NCBI GenBank assembly: GCA_964291625.2
Contig: OZ220090.1
Location: forward strand, 576,001 to 640,000
DNA length: 64,000 nucleotides
Source: Candidatus Latescibacterota bacterium
Lineage (GTDB): Bacteria; Latescibacterota; UBA2968; UBA8231
Reading direction: 5' to 3'
The notes beneath the pieces were generated by a model. That model was not told where the DNA came from. It did no database searches and saw only the letters and a list, made by a program, of their open reading frames with translations. Of this stretch, positions 48,340 to 61,643 are shown in pieces (within the stretch, counting starts at the first letter, position 1; each line of letters opens with the position of its first letter). The translations under genes and the position numbers were made by a program.

Positions 48340-49344
48340 GTCCGGCAGCGGTTCGAGCCAGCGCCGGAACCACGCCAGGACGCGGCTCTCCATCGGCCTC
48401 GAGAACCCGTGCCCCACATCCTCCTCGATCCAAAGCTCCAGTCTGTCCGCGGCGCTGTCGGCATAGGCCGTCGAGGCCGCCGCAAAGGTCCGGCGCGCCG
48501 CAGCCGGGGTGATGTAGGGGTCCAGCTCTCCAGTCATCAGCAGCAGCGGCCGGGGGGCCAGGGAAGCCGCCAGGCGCGGCGCGTCAAGGACGGCCAGCTC
48601 CGGCATCCAGGCGAGAAAGGCCTTCCGGACCCGGTCCGGAGAAGCCCCCTCCCGGATCAGGCGTTCGGTCAGGGGCAGTCCCCCGAAGAGGCGCCGCCAG
48701 GCAACGGTGCCGAAGACCTCCGCCCAGCACAGCTGGCCGGCCACGGAGACGACGCAGTCGACCCGCTCGTCGACCGAGGCCAGCAGCAGCGCCTCCATGC
48801 CGCCCATGCTCAACCCCATCATGCCGATGCGGCCGGCATCGGCCTCCGGCCGGGAGGCGGCGTAGTCCAGGGCCCGCTGCAGATCCAGGACGTACTCGCC
48901 GAGCACCCGCGGCAGGCCCTTGGCGCGGATGGCTTCCGCCGGGTCCCCCGGGCGCTCTCCGTGATAGGGCCTGTCGATGGTGAGGACGAAGAACCCGGCC
49001 TGGGCCCACAGGGGCAGCAGGGCCCGGGGCCGCAGGAGGTCTTCCTTGCGGTTGGGACTGCCCGGCATGAGCAGAAGGACGGGCAGGGGGCGCGCCCTCG
49101 GCAGCTCGGACCAGCTCACCAGGGCGGGTATGGGGCGGCCGTGGTAGCCGTCGAAGCGGACCCGTTCGACGACCGCGTCGCGGCGGCGCCAGGAGCTGTC
49201 CACCTGCGCCGAGAGTGGCGCGGACGGCGTGTGGGGCAGGTGCAGGGCCTTGCGGACCCGGGTTTCGGCATCGGGGGCGGCGCGGCAGCCGGAGCCGATG
49301 ACGAGCAGAACCAGCGCCGCCCGCCCCCACCTCCCGCGGCTCAC
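48331..49344 (-). CDS. Alpha/beta-hydrolase lipoprotein (dienelactone hydrolase/acetyl esterase-like)
   Basis: Lipobox-like GSGC; GLSMGG nucleophile elbow; GELD; GH. Confidence 0.8.
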   Translation of the reverse strand: MSRGRWGRAALVLLVIGSGCRAAPDAETRVRKALHLPHTPSAPLSAQVDSSWRRRDAVVERVRFDGYHGRPIPALVSWSELPRARPLPVLLLMPGSPNRKEDLLRPRALLPLWAQAGFFVLTIDRPYHGERPGDPAEAIRAKGLPRVLGEYVLDLQRALDYAASRPEADAGRIGMMGLSMGGMEALLLASVDERVDCVVSVAGQLCWAEVFGTVAWRRLFGGLPLTERLIREGASPDRVRKAFLAWMPELAVLDAPRLAASLAPRPLLLMTGELDPYITPAAARRTFAAASTAYADSAADRLELWIEEDVGHGFSRPMESRVLAWFRRWLEPLPDSH

Positions 49345-50311
49345 TTCTCGAGGGCCACCAGCTCCATGTCCCGCTCCACCATCATCGCCACCATCTCCTC
49401 GAAGGAGACCTCCGGCTCCCATCCCAGGACCCGGCGGGCCTTCGACGGATCGCCGCGCAGGACCTCGACCTCGGCCGGCCGCAGGAAGCGTTCGTCGATC
49501 TGGACATACTCCTGCCAGTCGAGGCCCACGGAGCCGAAGGCGGCCTCGCAGAACTGGCGGATCGTGCGGTCGCGGCCGGTGGCGATGACGAAGTCGTCGG
49601 GGGTCTCCTGCTGCAGCATCATCCACATGGCGCGCACGAAGTCCCCCGCGTAGCCCCAGTCCCGGCGGGCGTCGAGGTTGCCCAGCAGGAGCCGGCTGTC
49701 CCTGCCGTGCTTAATGCGCGCCACCCCGTTGGTGATCTTGCGGCTGACGAATTCCAGCCCCCGGCGAGGAGACTCGTGGTTGAAGAGGATCCCCGCGCAG
49801 GCGTACATGTCGTACGACTCGCGGTAGTTGATGGTGATCCAGTGTCCGTAGACCTTCGAGACGCCGTAGGGGCTGCGCGGGTAGAAGGGTGTCGTCTCCG
49901 TCTGCGGCGACTCTCGCACCTTGCCGAAGAGCTCCGACGTGGAGGCCTGGTAGAAGCGGATCCCCGCGTCGGTGGAACGGATCGCCTCGAGGAGGCGGGC
50001 CACGCCGAGAGCGGTGATCTCGCCCGTCAGCAGGGGTTGGGCCCAGGAAGCCGGGACGAAGGACTGGGCGCCGAGGTTGTAGACCTCGTGGGGACGGGCT
50101 TCCTGAATGGCGAACATCAGGGAGTTCTGGTCGAGGAGGTCTCCCGACAGCAGGTGGACATCGTGCTGGATGTGGCGGATACGCTCGAAGTTGACCGTGC
50201 TGGAGCGGCGGATCAGTCCGTAGACGTCGTAGCCCTTCTCCAGCAGGAACTCGGCGAGGTAGGAGCCGTCCTGGCCGGTGATCCCGGTAACGAGAGCGCG
50301 GCGGTCACCCA

Positions 50312-50312
<1 letters not shown>
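49341..50312 (-). CDS. gmd: GDP-mannose 4,6-dehydratase
   Basis: [48 protein letters not shown]. Confidence 0.96.
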
Positions 50313-53195
<2,883 letters not shown>

Positions 53196-53209
<14 letters not shown>

Positions 53210-54325
53210 CGGCGCTCCTCCTCGGGCGGCGGCGACGGCGGCGGCGGACCCTGGACGGCACGAAGGGCAGGGAAACGACCTCGGCAGCTGCCGCCTTGCC
53301 ACGGATCTCCACTTCCAGCCTGGTCCCGACGCCGGCATGTCGGCTGGCCACGTAGCCCATGGCGATCCCCCGCCGCAGAACGGGAGAGTGGGTACCGCTG
53401 GTCACGCGGCCGACCTCGACGCCGTCGACTCTCAGCGCCTGCCCGGGGCGGGGGATGCCGCGGTCGAGCAGGCCGAGGCCGACCAGCCGCCGGGGAACGC
53501 CGATATCGCGTTGGGCCCGCAGCGGCCCCCGGCCCGGGTACTCCCGTGGCTTGTCCAGGGCGAGGGCCCACTCCAGGCCCGCTTCCAGAGGGCTCGTGGT
53601 CTCGGTCAGCTCGTTGCCGTAGAGGCAGAGGCCGGCTTCGAGGCGCAGGGAGTCCCGGGCCGCCAGCCCCACGGGGTGGGCGCCGGCCTCCAGCAGACGC
53701 GACCAGAGGGCCGGGCCGTCGGCGGCGGGGCAGATGATCTCGAAACCGTCCTCCCCGGTGTAACCGCTGCGGCTGACCAGCCAATCGCCCGAGGCGCCTT
53801 CGGCCATGATGAACCGGAAGAACCCGAGGCGGCTGCAGGAGTCGTCGATCAGGGCCGTGACCAGCCCTTCCGCCTTCGGGCCCTGGACGGCGATCATCAC
53901 CTGACTCCCGGTCCGCTCCTCGACCCGGGGGGAGGCGGATGGCAGCCGCTCGAGGATCCAGGCGCGGTCGGACTCGGTACGGGCCGCGTTGACAACGAGG
54001 ATGAACCCCTCCTCCGCGAGGCGGTACACGGCCAGATCGTCGAGGGCCCCCCCCGGTCATTGCACAAGACGGTGTAGGCCATCCGGCCCGGGGACAGCGG
54101 CTCGACGGCGCAGGGCAGCAGACCATCGAGAAACTCCGCCGCTCCCGGGCCCGAGACGTACAGGCGCCCCATGTGGCTCACGTCGAACAGACCGGCACCT
54201 TTCCGGGTCTGCAGGTGCTCCTCCTGGATGCCGGCGTACTGGATCGGCATCTCCCAGCCCGCGAAATCGACGAGACGGGCCCCGGCCTCATGGTGTCGAC
54301 CCCACAGGGGCGTCCTGCGACTCAA
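53196..54325 (-). pseudogene. gcvT: Glycine cleavage aminomethyltransferase, frameshifted at a G8 run (real or sequencing error)
   Basis: N-part (RTPL, FAGWEMP, FDVSHMG) and C-part (SRSGYTGEDGFE, ARDSLRLEAG) are in different frames; adding one G at 54047-54054 gives NDRGGALDDLAVYR. Confidence 0.88.
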
Positions 54326-54927
54326 GCTTCCCTCCCCTCCTGCCGTTGCTGCAGGCCTTCCCAGACCCGCAACGCCTCGCTGCGCAGGGACCGGAGGTCC
54401 CCGTCGTTGCTCACCTCGTAGTCGACGGATCCCTCCGGAATGTCGCCCAGCTGGATGGCCCGGCGCTGCCGCACTTCTTCGGGGGCGAGTCCCCGCTCCC
54501 GGGCGACTCGCTGCGTTGCGAGGCCTGACTCGGTCCTGATCAGGATTACGGCGTCGAAACGGTCCTGCAGCCCCCACTCGAAGACCAGGGGCGCGTCGAG
54601 GAGCACGATCCCGCCGTCCGCCTCGGCCTCCCGCAGGGCCTGCCAGATGCGGGGCTCCAACTCCGGTCTGACCAACTCCTCCAGCCGCCGCCGGCCTTCC
54701 TCGTCGGCGAGGGCCCGGCGGGCGAGACCCCGGCGATCGAGCCTGCCTTCGCTGTCGAGCAGATCCTCTCCGAAGGCCCCCGCCAAGCGGCGGCGCAGGC
54801 CTTCGCTCGCGTCGACGACCTGCCGCGCCAGCACGTCGGCATCGATCCGGCGAGCGCCGAGATCCTCAAGCATGGCCGCCATGGTGGTCTTGCCGGCGCC
54901 CATGTTGCCGGTGACCGCCACCAGCAT
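54322..54927 (-). CDS. coaE: Dephospho-CoA kinase
   Basis: TGNMGAGKTT, IDAD, LDRRGL, DAPLVFE, NDG. Confidence 0.92.
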   Translation of the reverse strand: MLVAVTGNMGAGKTTMAAMLEDLGARRIDADVLARQVVDASEGLRRRLAGAFGEDLLDSEGRLDRRGLARRALADEEGRRRLEELVRPELEPRIWQALREAEADGGIVLLDAPLVFEWGLQDRFDAVILIRTESGLATQRVARERGLAPEEVRQRRAIQLGDIPEGSVDYEVSNDGDLRSLRSEALRVWEGLQQRQEGREA

Positions 54928-54951
54928 CTCAGCGTCCCTGGCGCGTCGGCC

Positions 54952-55806
54952 TCACCTCCCCCTGAGATGACGGAAGAACTCGGTGTCGGCGGGCTGGACG
55001 AGAACCGTGTTCTCCTGGAGCGATTTCTCATACGCCTCGAGAGTCCGGGTGAACTGGTAGAAGCCGGTGGCGTTGCGGTAGGCCGCCGCGTAGATCGCCA
55101 GGGCCTCGGCGTCCCCTTGGCCCCGGATCCCCTGGGCCCGCTCGTAGGCCTCGGCGGCAATGGTGGCCGCCTCCAGATCGGTCGCGGCACGGATCTTCAG
55201 TGCCTCTTCCTCGCCCTCGGATCGGTAGGCCTTGGCCTCCCTGGCGCGTTCGGCCCGCATTCGATTGTACACCGCCTGCTCGTTCTCCGGGGGGAGGTCG
55301 GCGCGCTTGATACGCACGTCCAGAACCTCGATCCCGTAGACCTTGGCGGCCAGGTTGGCCCGGGCTCTCACGGAGTCCATGATCGCCTGGCGGTTGGTGG
55401 CCACCACCTCGGACAGATCGTGCTGACCGAGCTCCTTGCGCAACTCGGAGTAGATGACATCGTCGAGCCGGGCCAGGGCCTCGTCCACGGTTCGCAGGGC
55501 CTGCATGAAAGTCAGGGCGTCGACGATCCGCCAGCGGGCGTAGTTGTCGATGATGAGGGTTTTCTTGTCCTTCGTGTAGATCGGATCCGGGTTCGAGTCG
55601 TAGTCGAGGAGGCGGCGGTCGAAGAAGGTCGTCTTCTGGATCGGATCTGGCAGCTTGAAGTACAAGCCAGGCTCGGTATTCACCTCGATGGGCTCCCCGA
55701 ACTGGGTGACCACGACCTGCTCGACCTCGGTCACGGTGTAGAGAACGAGGTTGGCGCCGAAGAGAAGCAGCACGAGGGCGACGACGACACCGACGGCGTT
55801 GCGCAT
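54952..55806 (-). CDS. hflC: FtsH modulator HflC
   Basis: TKDKK.L.IDNYARWRI, DVRIKRADLP, RMRAER, FYQFTRTLEAY. Confidence 0.93.
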   Translation of the reverse strand: MRNAVGVVVALVLLLFGANLVLYTVTEVEQVVVTQFGEPIEVNTEPGLYFKLPDPIQKTTFFDRRLLDYDSNPDPIYTKDKKTLIIDNYARWRIVDALTFMQALRTVDEALARLDDVIYSELRKELGQHDLSEVVATNRQAIMDSVRARANLAAKVYGIEVLDVRIKRADLPPENEQAVYNRMRAERAREAKAYRSEGEEEALKIRAATDLEAATIAAEAYERAQGIRGQGDAEALAIYAAAYRNATGFYQFTRTLEAYEKSLQENTVLVQPADTEFFRHLRGR

Positions 55807-55819
55807 GGCGGCGGCCTCC

Positions 55820-56818
55820 CTATTCCGAGCGCGCCGGCTGCAGGCGCTCGAGGTTGATGAGGTTGAGGACGCCCTTGCCATCGGCGTCGATGATGTACTT
55901 CTGCAGCCCCGGCAGGATCCTCTCCATCGTCTCGATGTAGAGCCGCTTCTCCGTCACCTGGGGGGCCTTCACGTACTCGGCGTGGATCGCCCGGAAGCGG
56001 TCGGCGTCGCCCTGGGAGCGGCGCACCCGCTCGACGGCGTAGGCCTCGGACTCCTTGATCATGCGCTCGGCCTCGCCCCGGGCCTTCGGGATGACGTCGT
56101 TCTGGTAGCCCCGGGCCTCGTTCACCAGCCGTTCGCGGTCTTCCTTGGCGCTCGCCACGTCCTTGAAGGCCGCGTCCACCTGCTCCGGAGGGCCCACCGA
56201 CTGCAGTTGCACGGACTCGACGGTGAGCCCGCAGCCGTAGGTCTGGAACAGCTCCTGCAGACGTTCCTTGATCGCGATCTGCACCTCCAGCTTGCCTTCC
56301 GTGAGGACCTCGTCGATGCCGCGCCGGCCCACGACCTGCCGCAGGGCGGCTTCACAGGCGTCGTGGACGAGCCCCTCCCCTCCCCCTTCGAAGGCGCCCA
56401 GGCCCCTCACCTTGAACAGGGCGTCTACGACGTTGCTCACCTTGTACTGCACGACGAGCTCGACGTTGACGATGTTGAGATCGCCCGTGAGCATGAGCGA
56501 CTCGTTGGGCCGCTGCCGGTAGCGCGCCGGAGGACCCGGGTCGATGGTGCGGAAGCCGATCTCCTCCCGGTAGACCCGCGTCACCGAGCGGATGATGTGC
56601 ACCTCGATCGGCGAAGGCAGACGGTAGTGCAGGCCCGGGTCGACTACCCTCTGCACCTTGCCGAAGCGCAGGATCACCGCCTTCTCGTCGGGATCGACCG
56701 TGTAGATGCCGCTGGCCAGCCAGAGGACGGCGAGGACTCCGAGGACGAGGTACACCGTGCGCGGGCTGAAGCGAAGGTTCTGCACGGGAGACTTGGGGAA
56801 ATCAAACTGTTGTGGCAT
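55820..56818 (-). CDS. hflK: FtsH modulator HflK
   Basis: ESLMLTGDLNIV, PP.QV.AAF.DV, P.ARGEA, AP.VT..RLYIETME. Confidence 0.93.
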   Translation of the reverse strand: MPQQFDFPKSPVQNLRFSPRTVYLVLGVLAVLWLASGIYTVDPDEKAVILRFGKVQRVVDPGLHYRLPSPIEVHIIRSVTRVYREEIGFRTIDPGPPARYRQRPNESLMLTGDLNIVNVELVVQYKVSNVVDALFKVRGLGAFEGGGEGLVHDACEAALRQVVGRRGIDEVLTEGKLEVQIAIKERLQELFQTYGCGLTVESVQLQSVGPPEQVDAAFKDVASAKEDRERLVNEARGYQNDVIPKARGEAERMIKESEAYAVERVRRSQGDADRFRAIHAEYVKAPQVTEKRLYIETMERILPGLQKYIIDADGKGVLNLINLERLQPARSE

Positions 56819-56831
56819 GGTTACCGTCCAT

Positions 56832-57746
56832 TCAGGATCCTTCCTCCGCGAGGAGGCAGAGGGACTCGATGCCTGTCAGGGTGCAGTTCCGGGACGCGGA
56901 CCGAATCGCCCGCTCCAGGGCCCGCGGGACCGTCCCGCCTGCCAGCAGACCGGCCGCCATGGCCGCCAGGAAGACATCCCCGCAGCCCGTGGGGTCGATC
57001 GGGAGGCCCGCAGCCACCGCTGCCGCCGGCCGGCGCAGGCGGCGAACCCCGCCATCGGAGGCCCGCCAGGCGCAGAGCGCGCCCTGCTCACCCAGAGTAA
57101 TCACGGCAACCTTCGGTCCCAGGTCCAGCAGGGAGACAGCCCACTCCTGCAACTCCTCCGGCGGGGCACCCAGGGTGCGGGCCTCCAACTCGTTCATCTG
57201 AACCACGTCGGCCATCGACACCCAGAGGGGCCAGGAAGGTGGGGGGCGCAGGTGTCGGCGGCCCTCCGCGTCCCTCGCCAGGGTCAGGCTGTGGACATCC
57301 ATCAGGATCGGACCGCGGACGATGCGCCGGAGGCCGTGAAGTGTGTCCGGCTCGAGCTCGAAGCCGGTGATGAAGTTGACGAGCAGGGCGTCGAGAGAGG
57401 AACCCGGGCAGGGCAGGTCGGCCGGTCCGAGGGGCGGCACGTCCCCGAGGAGCCGCTCGCTCTTGCGCCCGGCCCGGTCATAGCGGATCTCGCAACGAAA
57501 GCCCGGACCGTCGAGCCGCCGGAGTCCGTCCTGAGAAACCTCCGGACACGCTCTCAGGAGAGCCTCAACCCTCGGCTCGATCTCCCGCGGAAGCCACGCG
57601 AAGGGCCGGGTGCGCCACCGCCCCTGCCCGAGGTGGGCGAGGGCGCAAGCGGTGAACAGGATGCCGCCCAGGCTGTCGCTGCGCCTGCCGTCGGGATGGT
57701 GAATCGTGTCGAGGTTGATGCTGCCGATGACCCCTACCTCCTGCAT
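56832..57746 (-). CDS. PfkB-family carbohydrate kinase
   Basis: [29 protein letters not shown]. Confidence 0.85.
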   Translation of the reverse strand: MQEVGVIGSINLDTIHHPDGRRSDSLGGILFTACALAHLGQGRWRTRPFAWLPREIEPRVEALLRACPEVSQDGLRRLDGPGFRCEIRYDRAGRKSERLLGDVPPLGPADLPCPGSSLDALLVNFITGFELEPDTLHGLRRIVRGPILMDVHSLTLARDAEGRRHLRPPPSWPLWVSMADVVQMNELEARTLGAPPEELQEWAVSLLDLGPKVAVITLGEQGALCAWRASDGGVRRLRRPAAAVAAGLPIDPTGCGDVFLAAMAAGLLAGGTVPRALERAIRSASRNCTLTGIESLCLLAEEGS

Positions 57747-57823
57747 CGCTCCCCCCGGGGGGGAACCCTGGGGCGGCCGCCATCCGGCGCCGCGATCGGT
57801 CCCGGGATCAGCCATGGCCGGCT

Positions 57824-57852
57824 TTGACCTTGGGGCGATGGACCCATATGCT
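57824..57852 (+). promoter_or_regulatory. Putative sigma70 promoter giving leaderless clpP mRNA
   Basis: TTGACC-N17-TATGCT with ATG 7 nt downstream and no SD. Confidence 0.6.
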
Positions 57853-57859
57853 CCCTCTC

Positions 57860-58474
57860 ATGGCGATCGTACCTGTTGTCATCGAGCAGACGGGCCGCGG
57901 CGAGCGCGCCTACGACATCTTCTCGCGGCTCCTCAAGGAACGGATCATCTTCATCGGGTCGGTGATCGACGACGCCGAAGCCAATCTGATCATCGCCCAG
58001 TTGCTCTTTCTGGCCTCCGAGGACCCAAAGAAGGACATCTCCCTCTACATCAACAGCCCCGGGGGCCTGATCACCTCGGGCCTGGCGATCTACGACACGA
58101 TTCAGCACATCCCCTGCGACGTGGCCACCCTCTGCGTCGGCCAGGCCTACAGCATGTCGGCCATTCTCCTGTCCGGCGGCACCCAGGGCAAGCGCCACGC
58201 CCTGCCCCATTCGCGCGTGATGCTCCACCAGCCCTGGGGAGGCGTCGGCGGCCAGGCCGCCGACGTGGAGATCCACGCGCGCGAGATCATGGAGTGGCGC
58301 CGCCGGCTCAACCAGATCCTCGTGCAGAACACCGGCAAGGACCGGGAGACGATCGACCAGGTCACCGACCGCAGCTACTACCTGTCCCCCGAGGAGGCCC
58401 GGGACTTCGGCCTGATCGACGGCGTCTTCCAGTCGGCGGCCGATTCCGGCGCCGCCGAGCTCGTCCGCGCCTGA
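57860..58474 (+). CDS. clpP: ATP-dependent Clp protease proteolytic subunit
   Basis: [40 protein letters not shown]. Confidence 0.95.
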   Translation: MAIVPVVIEQTGRGERAYDIFSRLLKERIIFIGSVIDDAEANLIIAQLLFLASEDPKKDISLYINSPGGLITSGLAIYDTIQHIPCDVATLCVGQAYSMSAILLSGGTQGKRHALPHSRVMLHQPWGGVGGQAADVEIHAREIMEWRRRLNQILVQNTGKDRETIDQVTDRSYYLSPEEARDFGLIDGVFQSAADSGAAELVRA

Positions 58475-58481
58475 TCCCCCG

Positions 58482-59492
58482 TCAGAAGGCGGCGACCTCC
58501 CCTATCCGCTGCGCTCCGCAGAGGAGCATCACCAGGCGGTCGAACCCGAGGGCCACTCCCGAGGCCTCCGGCATCGATGTGAGGTCCCGCAGGAATTCCT
58601 CGTCCAGGGGGAGCTCGCGTCGCTTCTCCCGCCGCCGCCGGAGCCGCTCCACGCGGAAGCGCCGTCTCTGCTGCCTGGCGTCGGTGAGTTCCCCGAACCC
58701 GTTGGCGAGTTCGAGTCCGCCGGCGTAGGACTCGAAGCGCTCCGACACCCTGGGATCCTTCCCGTCGAGGCGGGCCAGCGCCGCCAGTGGCGCGGGATAG
58801 CCGGTCAGGTGAACGCCCTGCCCCATGTCGGCGATGGCGGGTTCGACTCGCTCCACCAGCAGCTTGTGGAAGGCGGTCTCCCAGTCGTCGCCATCCTCGA
58901 CGCTGGCACACCCCGCGGCGCGAGCGCCCTCCCGCAGGGACCTGGCGCAGCCGTCGAGCAGGCAGTCCCGGGGGATCCCGGCGTGACGCTCGAAGGCGGC
59001 CGCCACCGTGAGCCGCGGCCAGGGTGGGGTCAGGTCGACGCGGGGGCCGGCGGGGGTGCGGCCGAAGGGTCCGCCGTTGACCTTGCGGGCAGCCTCCGAC
59101 AGGAGACACTCCATGTCGGCCAGGACCCGGTCGGGGCCCGCATGCGCCCGGTACCACTCCACCATGACGAACTCCGGCCGGTGGCTCGGGGAGTGCTCGC
59201 CGCCACGGAAGCAGCGGCAGATCTGGTAGATCTTCGGCGGACTCCCCAAGGCCAGCAGACGCTTCATGTGGTACTCGGGGGAGGTGATCAGCCAACCGGC
59301 GCCGCAGTCGAGGCCCACCGGCTCCAGGTGGGCGTCGAGGGGGGGCGCCGGCACCGCGGCCGGCGTCTCGACCTCGACGAAACCCTGGTGCCTGAAGTAT
59401 TCTCGGACCGCCTCCAGGACCGAGGACCTCAAGGAGAGGAGCTGCCTCAGGCGCGCACGGTCCCTGCGCTCGCCGGCCGGGTCCCGGATCAT
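58482..59492 (-). CDS. epmA: EF-P lysine aminoacylase EpmA/GenX
   Basis: LITSPEYHMKRLL, FR.GE...H.PEF.MVEWY, ERFE.Y..GLELANGF.EL, GVALGFDRL; no anticodon-binding domain. Confidence 0.9.
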   Translation of the reverse strand: MIRDPAGERRDRARLRQLLSLRSSVLEAVREYFRHQGFVEVETPAAVPAPPLDAHLEPVGLDCGAGWLITSPEYHMKRLLALGSPPKIYQICRCFRGGEHSPSHRPEFVMVEWYRAHAGPDRVLADMECLLSEAARKVNGGPFGRTPAGPRVDLTPPWPRLTVAAAFERHAGIPRDCLLDGCARSLREGARAAGCASVEDGDDWETAFHKLLVERVEPAIADMGQGVHLTGYPAPLAALARLDGKDPRVSERFESYAGGLELANGFGELTDARQQRRRFRVERLRRRREKRRELPLDEEFLRDLTSMPEASGVALGFDRLVMLLCGAQRIGEVAAF

Positions 59493-59547
59493 CTCTGGTG
59501 GGCAGCTGGTTCGAGGGGGGGGCCGGATGGCGCCCGATGGGGGACGG

Positions 59548-60771
59548 TCAGGCCCGCTTCTTCCGGTAGACGAAGGTGGGCGGGCCCTTGTGCTGTATGA
59601 AGTCGGCGGTGATGATGCACTCCTTGACCTCGTTCCTCGAGGGCAGCTCGAACATGATCTCGTACATCGCCGTCTCCAGGACGGCCCGCAGCCCCCTGGC
59701 GCCCATGGACTTCTCCTGGGAGAGCTCCACGACCTTGCGCAAGGCCTGGTCCTCGAAGCTGAGACCCAGACCATCCATCTCGAAGAGCTTCTTGTACTGG
59801 CGGACGAGGGCGTTCTTCGGCTTCTTGAGGATTTCGAGCAGGGCGTAGTCGCTCAGGGGGTGGAGGGTGCTGATCACCGGGAGACGCCCGATCAACTCGG
59901 GGATCAGGCCGTACTGGATGAGGTCTTCCGGCTCCACCCTCGACAGCAACTGGCCAGTGTCGAGCTCGTCCTTGGCCTCGTGATGGACGCCGAACCCCAT
60001 GGCGCGGCTTCCGGTTCGGGCGGAGATGATCTTGTCGAGAGCGTCGAAGGCACCGCCGCAGATGAAGAGGATGTTCCGTGTGTTGATCTGAACGAGGGGC
60101 TGCTCCGGATGCTTGCGCCCGCCCTTTGGAGGCACTCCCGAAACCGTGCCCTCCAGAATCTTGAGCAGTTCCTGCTGCACCCCCTCCCCCGACACGTCCC
60201 GGGTGATCGACGGGTTGCCCGACTTGCGGGCCACCTTGTCGATCTCATCGATGAAGAGGATGCCGCGCTCCGCCTGCGCCACCTCGTAGTCGGCGGACTG
60301 GAGGATTCGGACCAGGATGTTCTCCACGTCCTCACCGACGTACCCGGCCTCGGTGAGAACCGTGGCATCGACGATGGCGAAGGGAACCTGGAGAATCCGG
60401 GCGAGGGACTCGGCCAGCAGCGTCTTGCCGGTGCCGGTGGGTCCGATGAGCAGGATGTTGCTCTTGGACAGCTCGACATCGGAGCCGCCCGAGTTGACCC
60501 GCTTGTAGTGGTTGTACACGGCCACGGAGAGGGCCTTCTTGGCCCGCTCCTGGCCGATGATGTGCTCGTCGAGCTGGGCCTTGAGCTCCGCGGGCTTCGG
60601 CAGGGGATCGCCGTTGAGGCTGGGCTCCTGCCTGTCCTCCTCCTCCAGGACCTCGTTGCACAACGAAACGCACTCGTTGCAGATGTGCACGGAGGAAGGG
60701 CCGGTGACGATCTTGTCGACCTGCCCCACGCCCTTGCCGCAGAATGCGCAGCTGACGGTCTTCTTCAGCAC
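59548..60771 (-). CDS. clpX: Clp protease ATP-binding subunit ClpX
   Basis: C4 zinc finger, [31 protein letters not shown] loop. Confidence 0.97.
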   Translation of the reverse strand: MLKKTVSCAFCGKGVGQVDKIVTGPSSVHICNECVSLCNEVLEEEDRQEPSLNGDPLPKPAELKAQLDEHIIGQERAKKALSVAVYNHYKRVNSGGSDVELSKSNILLIGPTGTGKTLLAESLARILQVPFAIVDATVLTEAGYVGEDVENILVRILQSADYEVAQAERGILFIDEIDKVARKSGNPSITRDVSGEGVQQELLKILEGTVSGVPPKGGRKHPEQPLVQINTRNILFICGGAFDALDKIISARTGSRAMGFGVHHEAKDELDTGQLLSRVEPEDLIQYGLIPELIGRLPVISTLHPLSDYALLEILKKPKNALVRQYKKLFEMDGLGLSFEDQALRKVVELSQEKSMGARGLRAVLETAMYEIMFELPSRNEVKECIITADFIQHKGPPTFVYRKKRA

Positions 60772-60792
60772 CGCGTCCCCTCCGAACCGCGC

Positions 60793-61515
60793 TCAGCTCG
60801 AAGCCGGGGCCGACTCGTCGTCCTCTCCGTCCTTCTGGGCTCCAACCTCGGCGCCTTCGGCCGCGGGCAGGTTGGCATCGGTCTGCTCTTCCCCGGAAGA
60901 TGGCTCCGAAGCCGCGGCAGACTCCGTCTCGCTCAACTCTCCGGACTCCTCCTCGAGCCCTTCGAGCTCCTGCGCCTCGGCCTCCTGACCTGCGACGGGG
61001 GTGCCGTCCTCGGAAGACTCTCCGGAGCCGGGCTTCATCACGTTGATCGCCTGGAAACCTTTGGCGGTCTTGGTGACCATGAACTCCACCTCGTCGCCCT
61101 GGGTCAGGCTGCGGTCCCATGAGGAGATATCGCGCCAATGCACGAAGACGTCGGTGTCGGCCGCCGTCGAGATGAATCCGTAGCCCTTGTCGTTGTTGAA
61201 CCACTTGACGGCTCCTCGGATCCAGGTGTTCTCCTCGAGGCCCTCGCCGCGTCCTCGAGGCACGGAAGCCTCGGGCCTTGCGGGCCTGGAGGACGGTCCC
61301 TGGGCAGGGGCGGGAGCCGCCTTCCCTCCCTCGACCTCCACGACGCGGTCGAGGATCTGCCGCCGCACCGATTCGCCGCCGCCGTCGAGAAGCCACTCCA
61401 GGCTCGTGAATAGACCGATGACATAGGAGCTGTCGGCCCCGTACAGGCGGCGGGCCTGGACGATACGATCTGCGATGGACGAGATGTTACCGTGATTGAT
61501 CTGCAGGGATGCCAA
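60793..61515 (-). CDS. Cold-shock domain protein with unknown N-terminal domain and acidic tail
   Basis: GAVKWFNNDKGYGFI..DVFVHW..L..GDEVEF (RNP1/RNP2). Confidence 0.88.
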   Translation of the reverse strand: MASLQINHGNISSIADRIVQARRLYGADSSYVIGLFTSLEWLLDGGGESVRRQILDRVVEVEGGKAAPAPAQGPSSRPARPEASVPRGRGEGLEENTWIRGAVKWFNNDKGYGFISTAADTDVFVHWRDISSWDRSLTQGDEVEFMVTKTAKGFQAINVMKPGSGESSEDGTPVAGQEAEAQELEGLEEESGELSETESAAASEPSSGEEQTDANLPAAEGAEVGAQKDGEDDESAPASS

Positions 61516-61643
61516 ACGATCACCCTCCTCCCCTGGCCCAGGTCAATCCGGCGGAGCCCTCCGCCGGCCTGGTACTGGAATCGACCGATACTGTGACAGC
61601 CGGTCACCGAATCTCCCTAAGTACCCATACGGCTGTTCCATTG

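Noticed and set aside
61592-61608. CRP site near the cNMP-binding gene cluster
   Set aside because: Spacing is TGTGA-N7-TCACC rather than N6, and the nearby cNMP protein has no HTH.
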